A stretch of DNA of 64,000 nucleotides from Podarcis cretensis (Eukaryota): assembly GCA_951804945.1 (NCBI GenBank), contig OX638155.1:51088001-51152000 (forward strand). The letters run 5' to 3'. Under the pieces are notes generated by a model. That model was not told the DNA's origin and did no database searches. It was given only the letters and a program-made list of their open reading frames with translations. Positions 12,954 through 26,600 of this stretch are shown here, in pieces; the stretch's first letter is position 1; every line of letters starts with the position of its first letter. The translations under genes were made by a program, and so were the position numbers.

Positions 12954-13281
12954 CTGTACAACACAATTATCAAATAATGTGAAAACACTTATTTTAAGAG
13001 AATGAGCATATGGTACTTGATCAATGACATAAAAAACTTTGCCCCCCTTAGTAAGTTCATCATTAAAGACTAAATTGTAAAGAACAGGAGAAAACCTCTT
13101 AAAGTAAGAAAGTGAACTACTTTCCTTTTGTTATCTCCATCACAACCTACAGCACTGAGCTAACATTTGCTTTTTTCCTTAATAATAAACAACATATTGG
13201 CTGCCATTAGCTGCCAAAGAACATTCATGGGGAGTTACTGATATATGAGATTAGAGTGTTTTTTTCTACTCCATGATACCA

Positions 13282-13940
13282 GGAGTGAAATACCAGGACC
13301 AAAATGTGAAGGTACTATGGAATATTTGAGTGCTCCCTGTCCTTTATCTCTCTCACAGAGGCAGCTGAGGAATGGAAGAAGGAGAAATTAGAGTACAGAG
13401 ATAAGGGAGAAACAATGAAAGGGAAGAAAGGTGTGTATTTTAGACAATAGCAGACATATGAGTAAAGCAAGAATGGAGAAATAATGAGAGGGGGAAAGTG
13501 GCTATTTTAAACAATGGCAGAAATTTGAGAAGAGCAATTAGAGGGTGATATTGAGAGGGGAAAGTAGCAGTTTAAAACAAGATTTAAGTACAGCGAGAAG
13601 GGAGGTGGGAAAGGCTCTATTGTGTTAGCTTCTGTGTTATACCTATTCTCCATTTCTCCTTGTTAAAGCTGTTTTTTTAAAATAAAACAAAAAACCCTCA
13701 GTGTTCTCCATCCCTGCTTTACTCAAACCTCTGCTATTGTTTTAAACTGAAATTTTCTTCTCAGGGTCTCTCCACCCTTGCTTTACTCAAACTTCTTCCA
13801 TTGTTTAAAAGATGCATATTTTCTCTTTCACTGTTTCTCTCTTTTCATTGTACACAAGCTTCTCCTTCCATGTGTGAGAGATAAAGGATGTGGAGCCATC
13901 AAATATCCTATAACAACCTTCACACAATGTATTTCACCTC
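13282..13940. mobile_element. Foldback-like element with long imperfect TIRs and inverted ~65-bp subrepeats
   Basis: 13319-13357 is the near reverse complement of 13872-13910, and the similarity extends outward. Internal repeat units are mirrored about the centre. Confidence 0.65.
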
Positions 13941-14177
13941 TCTTTGTTCCAGTTTCAAAGTAGCAATTTAGAAGAGATAATTTATTAACAAAAAAACCCC
14001 CAAACACCCATATATGTACAACATCCATCAACTGAACTTAACCTTCTCTAACTGAACAAGCTCACTTGACAGTCATGTTCTTAAGATTCTGTCATCTTAA
14101 AGATACAGTAACATACACCATCATAGCATGTTAGCACAAAGAGGGCTGCTGAAAAGGAGAGAGCAGGAGGGATAGAA

Positions 14178-14206
14178 ATGTGTGTGTGTGTGTGTGTGTG
14201 TGTGTG
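14178..14206. repeat. (TG)n microsatellite
   Basis: Read directly. Confidence 0.95.
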
Positions 14207-14315
14207 GCCTGTATGCAAGGGAGAGATGAAAAGGAGAAATAAGGTGGTAGGAATGGGGATGAAAGGTGATAATGGTGTACAAAGGGAGATGCAGAATTTA
14301 AGAGATGATTGCTTA

Positions 14316-14528
14316 GCCCCTGCTCCTGCCAACCTAGCAGTGCGAAAGCACGCCAAAGTGCAAGTAGATAAATAGGTACCACTCCAGCGGGAAGGGAAAT
14401 GGCTTAGTCATGCTGGCCACATGACCGGAAGCTGTACGCTGGCTCCCTTGGCCTATAGAGCGAGATGAGCACCGCAACCCCAGAGTCATCCACGACTGCA
14501 CCTAATGGTCAGGGGTCCCTTTACCTTT
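14316..14528 (+). mobile_element. 5'-truncated Sauria SINE
   Basis: CCTGCCAACCTAGCAG...GTGCAAGTAGATAAATAGG core and CCTTTACCTTT tail. Confidence 0.85.
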
Positions 14529-14699
14529 AAGGCATGAAAATGGGGATTATCTGTGTGGAAGATAGAGCTGAGAAGAAGACGGGGGGGGGGGAGAAGAAAA
14601 GGGGGTGAAGGTGAAAAAGGTGCTTAGCAGTTATAAGGTGTGGGAGGAGGAAGGTGCAGGAGATTACCCTGGTGGTCGTTTGTGCAAGGTTACACAAAA

Positions 14700-14729
14700 G
14701 GAGGAGGAGGAGGAGGAGGAGGAGGAGGA
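14700..14729. repeat. (GGA)n microsatellite
   Basis: Read directly. Confidence 0.95.
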
Positions 14730-15382
14730 GTAGACATAGGGGTGAAGGTGAAAAAACGTGCAAGGCAGGGTTGCAGAACAAGACAGAGGCTTCAGAAATG
14801 GGATGGGAAGATGAATAGTGAGCTTAGTAGTTACATAGAGTGGGAAAGGGAAGCTGTAGAGGGTTAATGGGGGGAGGTCAGGGGTGTTGGCAAGTGGAGC
14901 AAGCAGGGGTGTAGCCCCTATAGTAAGATGAATGCAAATAATGATTTTTAGAAATAAATTTTGTAGACAATTTTTGAGATGAGTGGGGGATTTTAAATGT
15001 TGTTAAATGTTACCCCTAAAATTAAGGACTTGTTTCTTTGCAGAGCCTTAGCACAGCTTCTTCTCCAGCTTGGGAAACGATTTACAGAGGGAAATACTGT
15101 TGGCAATTTGGGTCAGAAATAATCTGTTTGTTACAGTGAATTTACAGTGATGACAAATCATCCATGCTTCTGAGTAATGCAAGTTCCCATTTTTGTATTA
15201 TCTAAAGCATTCATTACTCATTTATTTAATGTAGTGATATATATATATATATATTCAAAGATGCTGTCTCAAGCATCATGCTAAATTGTGTGGCAGGGTT
15301 TTAAACTTAGTTAGATAACCTAGCAAAAATAGTCTGTATCAAAAGACAGAATATTACATTGTTTTGCTATTAAAAATGTGAC

Positions 15383-15541
15383 CTTTCAAATGATTTCCTC
15401 CGATTGCATACAGTCGATCATTCATTACAGCCAGTGCATGGATTGCTCTCTTTGTGTTCATATCTTGTTTTCTAGCCCAGACATCCATTACAGGGTCATA
15501 GCAGTACAGCCAGGGAACGTATTCACCATTGTGGACACCTC
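15383..15541 (-). CDS. KLHL14: KLHL14 coding exon (159 bp), GVHNGEYVPWLYCYDPVMDVWARKQDMNTKRAIHALAVMNDRLYAIGGNHLK
   Basis: Manual translation gives a kelch repeat. Acceptor tttgtag, donor gtcaca. Confidence 0.94.
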
Positions 15542-15643
15542 CTACAAATCAAATATACCTTCATAAGTTTAAGGAAGCACACCACCTTAAAAGAATAACT
15601 GGGTTTTGTTTTGCGATGAAGGGGAGTTTAGAAAACAACTTGC

Positions 15644-15834
15644 CAGAAATATAGATTTTGCCATTATGTACAGCTCCTGCATGTGCCGCCAAGGGCTGTG
15701 GTAGGGAAGATACATAACGCCATTCATTTGTCTCTAAATTATAGCATTCCACACTTGACAAGTAGCCAGTCTCATTTCTCCCACCTATCACATACAAGTT
15801 TTTGTCAAGCCGACAGGCATAAAAACTGGCTCTC
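15644..15834 (-). CDS. KLHL14: KLHL14 coding exon (191 bp), RASFYACRLDKNLYVIGGRNETGYLSSVECYNLETNEWRYVSSLPQPLAAHAGAVHNGKIYIS
   Basis: Kelch repeats in ORF 15561..15797. Acceptor tctctag, non-canonical donor GCAAGT. Confidence 0.93.
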
Positions 15835-16164
15835 CTAGAGAAAAAACAAATAGAGCAGTTAGTTTCTAGTGACTAGAATTAATTCCATCATTCTGTCTTA
15901 CAGAACTTATCACCTGCTATTCTAACATGAATCCCCCCCACTCATTTATCCCTGAGAATATGGGTGACTTTTCCAAAAAAGGTTACAGTGCACTCCCAAC
16001 TCAGACCACTCCCCACCTCCCCACCCCAAAGTATCACCAAAAATTTCCAAAACTATTCACTTGTAATGATTTCTGGATTATCCATTGCAATTTCTTATTT
16101 ACAAAAAAGGAATCATTAGGAAAAATCAAAATGCCAACATCATAATGACTTTATGGAGCAGCTA

Positions 16165-16300
16165 CATATGGAATACAAAAAAGATAGTGTGGAGTTGGAA
16201 AATGTACCAAAAAGGCAACCAAAATGACCAGGGAGCTGGAGCAACTTTTCTACAAAGGAAACTTAAGAATTGGGGCTTATTGATTTCAAAAAAATGCAAG
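16165..16300 (+). mobile_element. CR1 LINE ORF2 C-terminal remnant
   Basis: With frameshifts it translates as KKDSVELENVPK..ATKMTRELEQLFY...WGL, resembling the CR1 motif KKD...LE.VQRRATKM..GLE.L.YE.RL..LGL. Confidence 0.6.
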
Positions 16301-19044
16301 CAAGGATGGTGTGTGCAGAAAGGAGACAGAGAGAGGATGTAGGGTGTTCTGTGGGTATTTTGGGAGTTTATCCTACATGTGAGTTGCTTGGGCAACAGCA
16401 TTTGTTAGTCCTGGCAGTTCAGCTTTGGAAAGTGGTCTAGGTGGTGCTTCATTGAAGGCTATTGTGAACCAGCATCCTCTGTGATATCACAAGGGCTCAT
16501 GAGGCACACTTCTCCTAGTATGCCTGATTAGAGACACCCTTCTGCAGGATTCTGGAGTGCATCCCAACATTCGTCCACTATATTGCTCCCCTTGCTAGAT
16601 GTACTAAATGATTAGGACTTCTTCTAGAATTGTTCTGCCTCAAGCAACTGCTTGGAATACTTGTTGCATTGGTTCAGGTCAGGTCACACCTATACAGGGG
16701 GTTCCAGCACGCGCACACACAAATACATTCACACGAAATGTCTGATTCGCTCTTTTTACTGCAAATGCTCCATACACATGCTCCTGCTCATGTTGACCTC
16801 AGTGTGTCCAGTGGCCTATTGGTGAACTGGGGTGTGTGACTGGACTGTGAAATGATTCCCTCTGAGCATTCTGTGTGTAGTCTTTCAGAAGAACAATTAC
16901 CACACAATGACTAGGTGAAGCAGAAGTTTAAGTTAAAAGCAATTTTATTGGCAGTGAAGATTTAAGCAAGAATTCATTAATGTTTAGGTTATTTGGTTCC
17001 ATGGAAGGATAACAGCAACTCAGTAAGATAAAGTAAAAAAAAGGGGGGGGGGAGGGGAAGGATAGATAATGTAACAATAATAAATTATCTTGACATTCAC
17101 TTTCTTTATAGTCCTTCATGGGTCATTGTTCCCAATTTACTAAGAGAACCACATCATCAGATTTTTTTCTTCAATTATCATTTTTTTTTTTTTCTGCACT
17201 ACTGCAAATAGAACAACTTTCCTTGTATTACATTCTTGCCATCCAGCAAAGGTTTATCTGGCTAACTCTCAACAAAGTTTTGAACATCTCCTTAGTTCCA
17301 GGGCAAGGAATCAGTATTTATGGAGACTGTCTTACCATGCTGTGCTTTCAAGTCATTTTTAGTACAGCACTCCTGAACGATCTATTTCTAAAAACATAAT
17401 AGGAGACACTTCATTTCCCACACAACTATGAAAGCACCTTTGAGCCTTGCAACAAAGTCCATTTTTAGTCCAAATATGTTTTCTAGCAAATGTAGTATAT
17501 CTTTCCTTTTTAACAGGAAGTTGAGGCGATGAGTGCTATCAGGATCACGGCCAACGTGAGGCCACTGAGAAACACAAGAGAAATCTCAGCATGTTGTGGG
17601 AAAGCCCTGAAAGTTTGCAGAAGCACAAGAAGTCTTTAAAAAAGACAACTTAAGACAAGCAATCCTCACACAAAAAAAGCACCCTCCAGCTCAGTGAGGA
17701 TTGAGCATATCAGAATAGGGGGGGAGTGGAATGTCCTAACTGGAGAGACTAGTTAGCTAGAACCCTGAACAGAAGCACTCCTGTTAGGAAGGAAGATACA
17801 TCTCAACATTTTATTGCAGGTTCCACTGGTTACATCTGCATAGCAGCTTTAAGATTTGCATGTGAACATGCAAGGACTCACTTCCTTGAAAAATAAAGAG
17901 TACTGTTAAAATGCTCTTGGATTCTCAGTGACTCAGGCTCTCTCTCAGAAATGCACACGTTCTCCTCATGTTATGTGTGTATGCATTACGTTGCACACAT
18001 CAGCGTCAATCATTTATTTGCTCCTTCAGTATGAAAGCTTTACTTAATATCAAGGGAATTTAAAATGTTATGAATAAAACACTTTATTATCCTGTGAGAA
18101 ATATGTATGTGAGACATATGCTTATTTTTTAATATAAAAAAGATATGTTTTAACTATCCAGATTGAGTCACATTATTTGAAACTTCATCTGATGGAGGTT
18201 ATGTCTGTTTGACTAAGATGATAAATGGTTGTTTTCCATTGCAGCTATCTTTAGAAACAAGTTTCCTCATAAATGTATCCTCTATGTGCATTCTTGACTT
18301 CATCCACATAGTGTCACTGTTAGGAGCAGAAATGTAACAGTCAGCCTGCTTCATTCTTCAGATTAAATGTGTATTTTATGGGCAAACTCCCAATAGTAAA
18401 GATTTTAAGTTTCCCTTATCCTTCTTTTCCACTAAATAAATTACACTTGAGCCATAGAGCTCTAGTTAATTAATGTAAAATTTAATTGCTATAAAAAGTC
18501 CTCCATGATAAAATATTGCACTAAAAATTCAGTTTAGAAAAGAAATCATCCCCTCATATACATCTAGTCCTGAGAAATATACTGCCATCTCTAGTAAAAG
18601 AAATTACATCAAATTACTCTTGTGGATCAGGATATTAGTCCAGCTACAGGTCCTGCAGTGGCTTGTGAAAAGTCTCTGCAATGAACTTAGCTGAATTTTA
18701 CAATGCAGTTACATGGGAAAAGTAAAAGAAATTCTTTCCTGATCCCCAAAGGCAATGAATTTATGCCCTGAATCTTGAAGTTTGATTATCAGTCTTAGAT
18801 TGAAAAGCTACCAGAGTTATTACTGATCATACCAATGCCAAGAACCCTTTTAGAGAGACCCTAAAATCAGCTGAAGTGATTTTAATCAAAAAATATATGT
18901 TATGTAATTTGACAAATTAGTCTTTCTTTGCTTTAGCGTGAACAATGAAAAGTGGGTATGCTGGAATATAGGAGAATGCACCTGCATAGACTACTGGTGA
19001 GACTTTCTAGAAAGCTCTGGAAAAAAGACAGCCAAAGAGAGCTC

Positions 19045-19158
19045 CCCTCCAGATGTTGTGGACTGCAATTTCCATCCTATCCAGCCAACATAGCCAATGG
19101 ACAGGGGTGGTAGGAGTTGTTGTCCACAATATCTGAAGGGCACCACATTGGCTACCCT
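19045..19158. mobile_element. Degraded hAT-like MITE related to the 3921 element
   Basis: CCCTCCAGATGTTGTGGAC ... GTCCACAATATCTGAAGGG inverted core. Confidence 0.6.
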
Positions 19159-19599
19159 ATCTCTGGAAGATTAGGAGCACAGGATCCTGCCAGTTAAGTG
19201 CAGTAGCAAGTTTTACATGATGAGAGGGCAGAGACAGCACCTTCCCACTTAGTTCACTTCTCTGACCGTGGCAGAGAGCACAACCAAAACCTAGATCATG
19301 ACCTTCTAGACAATCTCCTACTGTAGGGACAGAAGCCAGGATGTGTTGCTGAACACACACCTGTTACAGGGAAACAACCCTAAACCCCACAGTCAATCTA
19401 ATGGAACTATACTGCTCCATCAGACTAGATAGGGGGATAAGGAAGCTGCTCCTGGAGAAAATCACAGCTGGTGGAGTCCATGAGGATGCTTTTGCCTCAA
19501 ATATCATCTTTAGGGAGGACTTTGCCACAGTAATTTTTGCAGGTATAGCTGTAAAAGTCAGCCAGGGAATATGAGAGTCCATTTGAGATTTCGGCATGC

Positions 19600-20240
19600 T
19601 TTATTATCTGGACTTATGGTAAGGGATCACTTGTGCAGTTCCACTAGGACATCACCTCACCATCAACCTGAGTCTTGAACACACTGTGCAAGAGGTTCAC
19701 TTTCTGGACATGAATGTGCAACTATTAATGGACATATAAGCACATCCTTATATAGGAAACCTACTGACTGTTACTCATACTTACATGCTTCCAGCTTCCA
19801 CCCAGAGCACACTAAAGAGTTCATTGTTTACAGCTGAGCTCTATGATACAACAACATCCATTCAGATTCATAGGATTGGACAGAGCCTCACAGCTAAAAT
19901 AATTCACATCAAACACCCAAAGTGAAAAATCAGATCAACAAAGCCAAACTGTTCTTAGGTACCAATCTTCTACACAACAGATCTAGAAGAGAAAATGACA
20001 AACTACCACTTGATGTCACAGCAGCCAAGTCAAAGCCACTTGAGCCTATCATCAATAATCTACAGTTCATCTAGGACAGACATGTCCCACACATAAGCCT
20101 TGGGTGGCAGACCTCCAATTGCTCTCAGACATCCCCCTAAGTAGGACAGCTACTCAGCAGCAACAGTAGGCCATACAAGAGGTATGGACACAGGGGCCAG
20201 CTCCCTATTAAAGACCAAGAAGCTGACTCTGTCTACTCCA
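19600..20240 (+). mobile_element. Penelope-like retroelement remnant (RT C-terminus/linker)
   Basis: Translates as TINLSLEHTVQEVHFLD..., ISTSLYRKPTDCYSYLHASSFHPEHTKEFIVYS*AL*YN and ALGGRPPIALRHPP. These are Penelope-type motifs with stops and frameshifts. Confidence 0.8.
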
Positions 20241-21689
20241 TTTTATCAAACCAACAGTTTTGTGATAGGTCACTGTTAAATATGTAATTATCTGCATTAC
20301 ATTTCCTTCTGACCTCACTGTTTACACCCCCCCACAAAACCCCCCCATGCAACATGCAATCCAGCAGCCTGTTCTTATGTAGAGGTAAGCTAGCTCTACG
20401 GCAGTCCATGGAACTGGTGGTGATGAAACAGTAGGAGTTATAGCAGAAGACTTACAATGGATTGAATAAAACAGAGGCCAGGACCCATTTTATAACTTAA
20501 TCTGTGAGTGATAATGGCGAAGATGGCTTTTGTGTCACCGCTGCATCTGCTCAGAATCACCCAACATAGCTTTTCTAGGTGGTCAAAGAGCTATTGCAAC
20601 GGAGCCTTTCAGGATGAGTTTACCAAATACTTTGCAGGAAAAATAGTTCCATTCATTCCAATTTACAAGCCACCGTTTGGCCAGGGCCATATTGTGCCTC
20701 TTTTATGTTTCTATGTGCTTCTTGATGTTTTGAAATTCTGGATGTTATATTGTGCTGTTTTTAACAACTGAAAGCTAAATTTATTACATTGTTACCTTCC
20801 TTGGAATACAGAAGAGAAACAAATCTTCCAGGGCATGGAAAATCCTATCTGTGTAGGCGCATCCCCATGTGTGGGACTGCAGAGAACTCATAAAAGAAAA
20901 TATAGCCTCTCAAATTGTTCCGTGCTGCTTTAGACAGCCATTTTCTCTTATGTTTCTTCGCTTCTGCCATGCTTCTTTTCCTGCTTTCATTTTTGGAACC
21001 ATTTCTTTGGAGGTGGTATAGCTGTGGCCATTGGACTTTCTGAAAGTCCACGGTGGAGAGGCAGGTCGCCGCCCTCCATCAACGTCTCAGCAAAATGCCC
21101 CCCCAGGTGAGCAGAGCTGACCATCTGTTACTGCTGGGCTGGCTTTGTATGGAAACTTGCTCATGTGCTAAAGTGGGGTACATCTAAGTCACAGATTTTC
21201 AGCCTCATCAGCATTGTACCAACTATGTCAATAGCTAGGACTTCAGTGCAAAGGCCAATTTATGTCACAAAGAGGGTGCAATTGCACTTGAAGTGCAGTA
21301 CTATAACCATTTTTTTTAAAAAAATGGAAACAATCCAGCAAAAAATAAAGTATTTAATTTGCATTAATTTCAATTGGAGGAAGTTAAATGCATACTTAAC
21401 CCTCCCGATGAAATCAGTAGGACATAAATGGATCATGTCCCAGTTTTCTTAACTAACAAATACTGACTCTTCATTGCAGAGGCCCTTTTTGATTAGTATT
21501 CAGCACCCAGTGCAGTGCTGTGCGGAGGTACAGACTGCAATGCCCAACAGATGGTTGGCTGAATACTTATTGGGGAAGAAGTGAATCCATGTTCTCTCCC
21601 TCCAGAGAATGATCCATGTGGATGGGCTCTCCAGACAGGGTCACAGAATAATATTCCCTATCATGTTTTAGTGTTACTGAATTTTTCTC

Positions 21690-21912
21690 GAAGGAGTTTT
21701 TATTTGCTGTGTTTTCTGCTGCAGTGGGCCTTGGTTATATTTGTTTTAGTTTCAAACTTAATGTCTGCCTGTCTTATTATTACTGGTTTATTCATTTTTT
21801 ATTTGCAATTATACTGCATTTTTTTACAATTACTATTTTTATAGAAGCAATCTTGAGGGAGTTTTGACTTCTTAAGGCAGCGTATAAATATTTTAAACAA
21901 AATAATAAATAT
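21690..21912 (+). mobile_element. Degraded L2-like 3' tail
   Basis: T-rich tract ending AGGCAGCGTATAAATATTTTAAACAAAATAATAAATA. Confidence 0.4.
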
Positions 21913-23614
21913 ATTGTGAAATAAATTCTTAATAGTTTTGTTGTTGTCACTCATCCTGAGAACTTTGTTATAGAGCAGTCTATCAATACTATAAACAAAC
22001 AAACTATTGCTTCACAGGAGGAAAAAAAACATCCTAACTGCACACATTTTGTCATAAAAAGGAGAGCATAAAAGCTCTTTATTAAAGAATATGAATGACT
22101 AAAAACTGTCTTGAAAGGCACTTGACTTAATAAATTGGAAGTCTCCAAAGAAGTCACAAGGGACTAGTCAGTAAACAATTCACATATTTTAAAATGTCTA
22201 ATCACATTTTCAGCAATACTGTCTTATCCTCAGAGGCTCGTACAACACTGAAATAATTGATCACTGTGAATTATGTAGGCTCAGCTAAGAGGGTGAAGGT
22301 TAATTATCTCACTTTAAGAGCCCGGCAAAGAAGGGTTTTCATAATTAGAATACCATTTTGAAACAGAATTTGGACTTCTAAATACTTCAAATGATATTTT
22401 AAATATCAGACAGGCTTATAAGAAAAATCTAAAGCTGTCCATTTTTTTTTTTTAAAAAAACCTCATGGTACAAGCTCTACAGACACTAAATCTGCCTTAA
22501 GTTAGAGGCAGTGAGGCTGTGACAAGTAGATTTGTTCAACTGGATAACGAGCTGAACATCTTCAATTTTTATGGATGTCCTAGCTAAAGTGTATCCCCAA
22601 AAGCTTTATATACTATGCATCTGTGTTGTATTAGGAGTTGGATAATGGCTTGCATAATAACAGTACATATTTATAACCATTCCCCAACCTAAAATCTAGG
22701 GAGTCCCTAATCAAGTCTCTCTTTATGGAAGAAGTTGAACAACATGGTGTAGAAGTTGATTATACATACCCACTTTAATCTGGTTTAAGACCCAGTTTAG
22801 AAGTGGAACTTTTACTCTTCCAGGCCCAAATTTTAGAATACACTTTCCATTGCTGTCTGCTGGTGCTCTTCCTCATTCTCCTTTGCAGTTTTGCAAGGCA
22901 TTTTTATACATTTAGGTGCTTGATTTCTGGTCCTTCACTGTTCCTTATTTTATATTTGGCTTCTTTTTAGTGTGATTACTGAACACCTCCATGCTTACCT
23001 GAGGTCTGAACTTTTCACAGTCACCTTGACATTGTATTAAACAAGACAATAGATTAATACATTACTTTAATAAGTAAAATGGCTGGGGAGCAAAGAATGC
23101 TTATGGTGGGTGGAGAAGGTTCAGGACAAAGGGAGCAAGGTACCACTTTTGGTACCTCTCATCTTCCCCAGTGTGCTTCTGCCAGGTTCTTCCACCACCT
23201 GATTATATGGAGTGGGCAGGTACAGGACCCAGCGGGTGCTGCCATTACCAGCCTAAGTGACTAAAAAGGCAAGGAGTGGTTGCTCTGCCAATGCATGCTG
23301 AAATTCAATGAAAACAAAGCAAAAATATAATAGAAAATAACAATTGTGAAATATTTCAGAGATTTGAAAGAAACACTGTTTCTACAATTCTACGATTCTA
23401 TGAAAAGGATGTAGCAGTTCAGCTTTTACTTGAAAGTACCTTCTTGTCAGCAGAAAGATAATCTAGCACTATTATATTTTATTTGCTAGTGCAAATCAAT
23501 TTCAATACTTTCACCATTCGCTTTTTTCACCGCTAAGTTAAACCCCAACCATCTTCCTCTCTTAGGTAAAACAGCCACCCTTTCCCCAACCCCAAATATA
23601 TAGCAAGCATTTAC

Positions 23615-23693
23615 CTCTCTTGCATGGGTGGAAGTTGTATCCAGCTGTTAAATCTAGGATCGTACCGGCTAACAAAGTTTGTACTGTGCTTTC
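23615..23693 (-). CDS. KLHL14: KLHL14 coding exon (79 bp), KHSTNFVSRYDPRFNSWIQLPPMQE
   Basis: Manual minus-strand translation gives the kelch YDP..W motif. Acceptor tttacag, donor gtaaat. Phases match both neighbours. Confidence 0.95.
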
Positions 23694-26600
23694 CTGTAAA
23701 GAAATTAGTTTCACATTTAACTCTCTGTTTTCTGTCATTACAAATCACTGCAATAGTATATTCCTTTCACTTGCCAATCTTTATGGAGGTCTTCTCTCTA
23801 GAGCAAAGCATGTAAACACACAAAATCAACAGCCTCTAACTACAGTTCTTAATAGGTATCTACAGAAGTAGTAAAAAACAAAGTATTTTAGCTCTGTCTC
23901 ATAAGGTTCTCTACAAGTCTCTGTTTAAGACAGAAACCCACTAGCATTTTTTTTAAGTGTCATAAATCTTATGACAATAGGAAATTATTGTTCTGAGGGA
24001 GATGGGCTTCTAGTGGCATTTCATGAATATTTTGTAGCAATCTGTAGAACCATGGGTATATCTGACATTCTTTCTTGTCTCCCCAGTTTGCAGTGGGAAG
24101 AGGGTGATGTTGATTGCTGATAGGGAGGTGAACACATCTTTACTAAGTGCTCAGACATCCTTACATTAGGGATTTGATGTTATAATCTTGAGATTTTCCC
24201 TTATAGGACAAAGAGGAAAATACATACTGCCTTTTATAATATTGCCTTTTAGAAGGATTTATATGTGCCATCTAAAAATAATGTATTTCTACTGTCCCTA
24301 AGTCACAAATAAAGCAAAACAAAGCAAAGGCTAATTGTGGAAGTCTACATTATCCTGACTACTAACCTCTGGCACTGCATGCCTTCAGGATATTAAGATT
24401 GCAGTATATTTTACATACAGATTGACATCAAAGCAAGAAGACTGGAGCAAGAGAGTGCATGGCAATTTCTGTTTAACACCTGAGCCTTCAGCACACAAGT
24501 ATCTCAAAAAGCCCTCTTGTTTCTTGTATGTGTGACTAAAAAAATTGAATCACAGCTACATGACAACCCAATCATGTATATCACAAGGAAATAAATGTGT
24601 AGTGGGTAGTGCACCAGGTAAATAATTTTAGTGTAAAGGAACCCCAAATGCTTACAACCTCTTTCCTTTATACACTGAATTTGCATTAATCAATAAAATA
24701 CAGTTTTGTCTCTTTTGTGTTTTTTTAATTTCTAACAGACATTCTTACCCAGCAGGCCTTCAAGGTTTGATCTAAGAAAATGGTTCATAGTGAAATGAAA
24801 ATTCCACACCTGTGAGGGTGAAAACAGTGTATTCTCCATCCAGCATTGCTAGATGCTATTTACGGGACTGAACATGCAAAGCTGATGAGTCCAAACAAGT
24901 GGAGAACTTAGTTACCAGACAATTTCAGACTACACATATAATGTGCCCCAAATCTCATCATTCTATGCTAAGGAAACCATAAAGTCTGTAAGGAGAGCAA
25001 ATTATGCATTCTGGTCTTGTTATCGTATTTGAGTACTTAAGATAATATTTTAGTAATGTTAAGCAGCTCTCATATATGAACGTCTAATTACACAACAATT
25101 CTAGGAGTGGAAGTTATCCCAGAGATTCTGTTCATCAGTAATCTATATTCAACGTTTTTCTGGAACAATGCCCCTCAATTCCCTTCATGTACAAAAACCC
25201 CCTTCCAACTGCCCACAATTATACTTCTCCCTCTTTCCTTCTTCACCTTCCATCTATGCCTTCCCCAGTCCCTTCTTTCAACACTTACTGGTACTTACTT
25301 GTATCTTTCCTTGGTTACACCTGCTCTGATCTCTAAACCTTCCTTCCTCCTCTTAATCCCATGCTGGAAATTGTTCCTCACATTCCTCCTCCCCTTCCAA
25401 CTTAGCACTGAATGGTGAACTACATGGGCTTTTGAAATGAACGGTAAATAAGCAGCACCACATTTAATAGGGAAATCAAGCAGGGCTCCTTTGAATAATA
25501 GGGAGCTTGGCTGTGCTAGATGGACCAGTGATCTCACTCTGGTGATGCCCTCTGTTTGGGGAGGCAGGGCTAAGCAGACTCCCACCCCGCTAATATGCTT
25601 CCCTGTTAGGTAAACTACCTTGCCACTATTAAAATGAGAAGATAGAAGGGAAAGAAGTGGGGCAAAGTAGCCCAGCAGTTAGGTGTTCCTGTACAATGCT
25701 TCCCTTTGCAGGTCAGTGCTCCACATAGCTCTACTCTAGCCATCATGAAACATCAGAGGGAACTCAAGTGTGAATTCTAAGGCTGGGGAGTTACCCCATC
25801 CATGCCACTGGTTCTGCTAAGAGTACCATCTATTTTTTTGGGGGGGGGTCCAAGGGTATTTTAACGTGGGAGAAGGCTTGGGGAGTTGCAACAGAAGTCT
25901 TCAAACTAGTTCTATAGGTTACAGTTCTAGAAGTAATTATTTGCAACCTTTTGTGCAGTAACATTTCAGGAATAAAGTAGAAAAGCTATTCTTCCAAAAC
26001 ATTGATTTAAATAATTTTTGTAAAAAACCTACTGGATACAGGCTCATGGAATGGACTAGTTTATCTCAGTTTTCAAGGAAAGGAACAGATGTAACGCTTC
26101 GATATAATTTGGTTTAGTGCAGATGCTGAAATGGGTCTTTCACAATAAAATATATGCAGTATATGTAATTTCAGCTGGATCTTCTGGCATTTTGAAGTGA
26201 AAATGTGTACCTGCAAGCTGTTTTATAGTTTGCCAGTCATAATTATCTCTGTTACACAGACTGCTACAACTGCAACTCTGTCCTCATGTGCAAGCTCTTC
26301 AACAATGTCTTGACAATATTTTAAATTTTGCAAGGCATACTGTTCTCTTTTGCTTTGTTCAGAAATCTGTTAAATTGTTTAATATCTCTCTGCAGAAAAT
26401 TTATGAAGTAATCAAATAAGGAACACATACTACTAGATAATCTCTATGTGAATCCCTTGCACAAGATTAGAAATAAATGTGTAGTGGAACAATCAGGAGT
26501 TTTTTGATACTGCATACATAACAGTTTACCTGGAAGGGACTGGCTTGGAACTGGAAGAAAAACACTGACTGTAAGACATTGCTTTACTGTAGTAAGAAAT

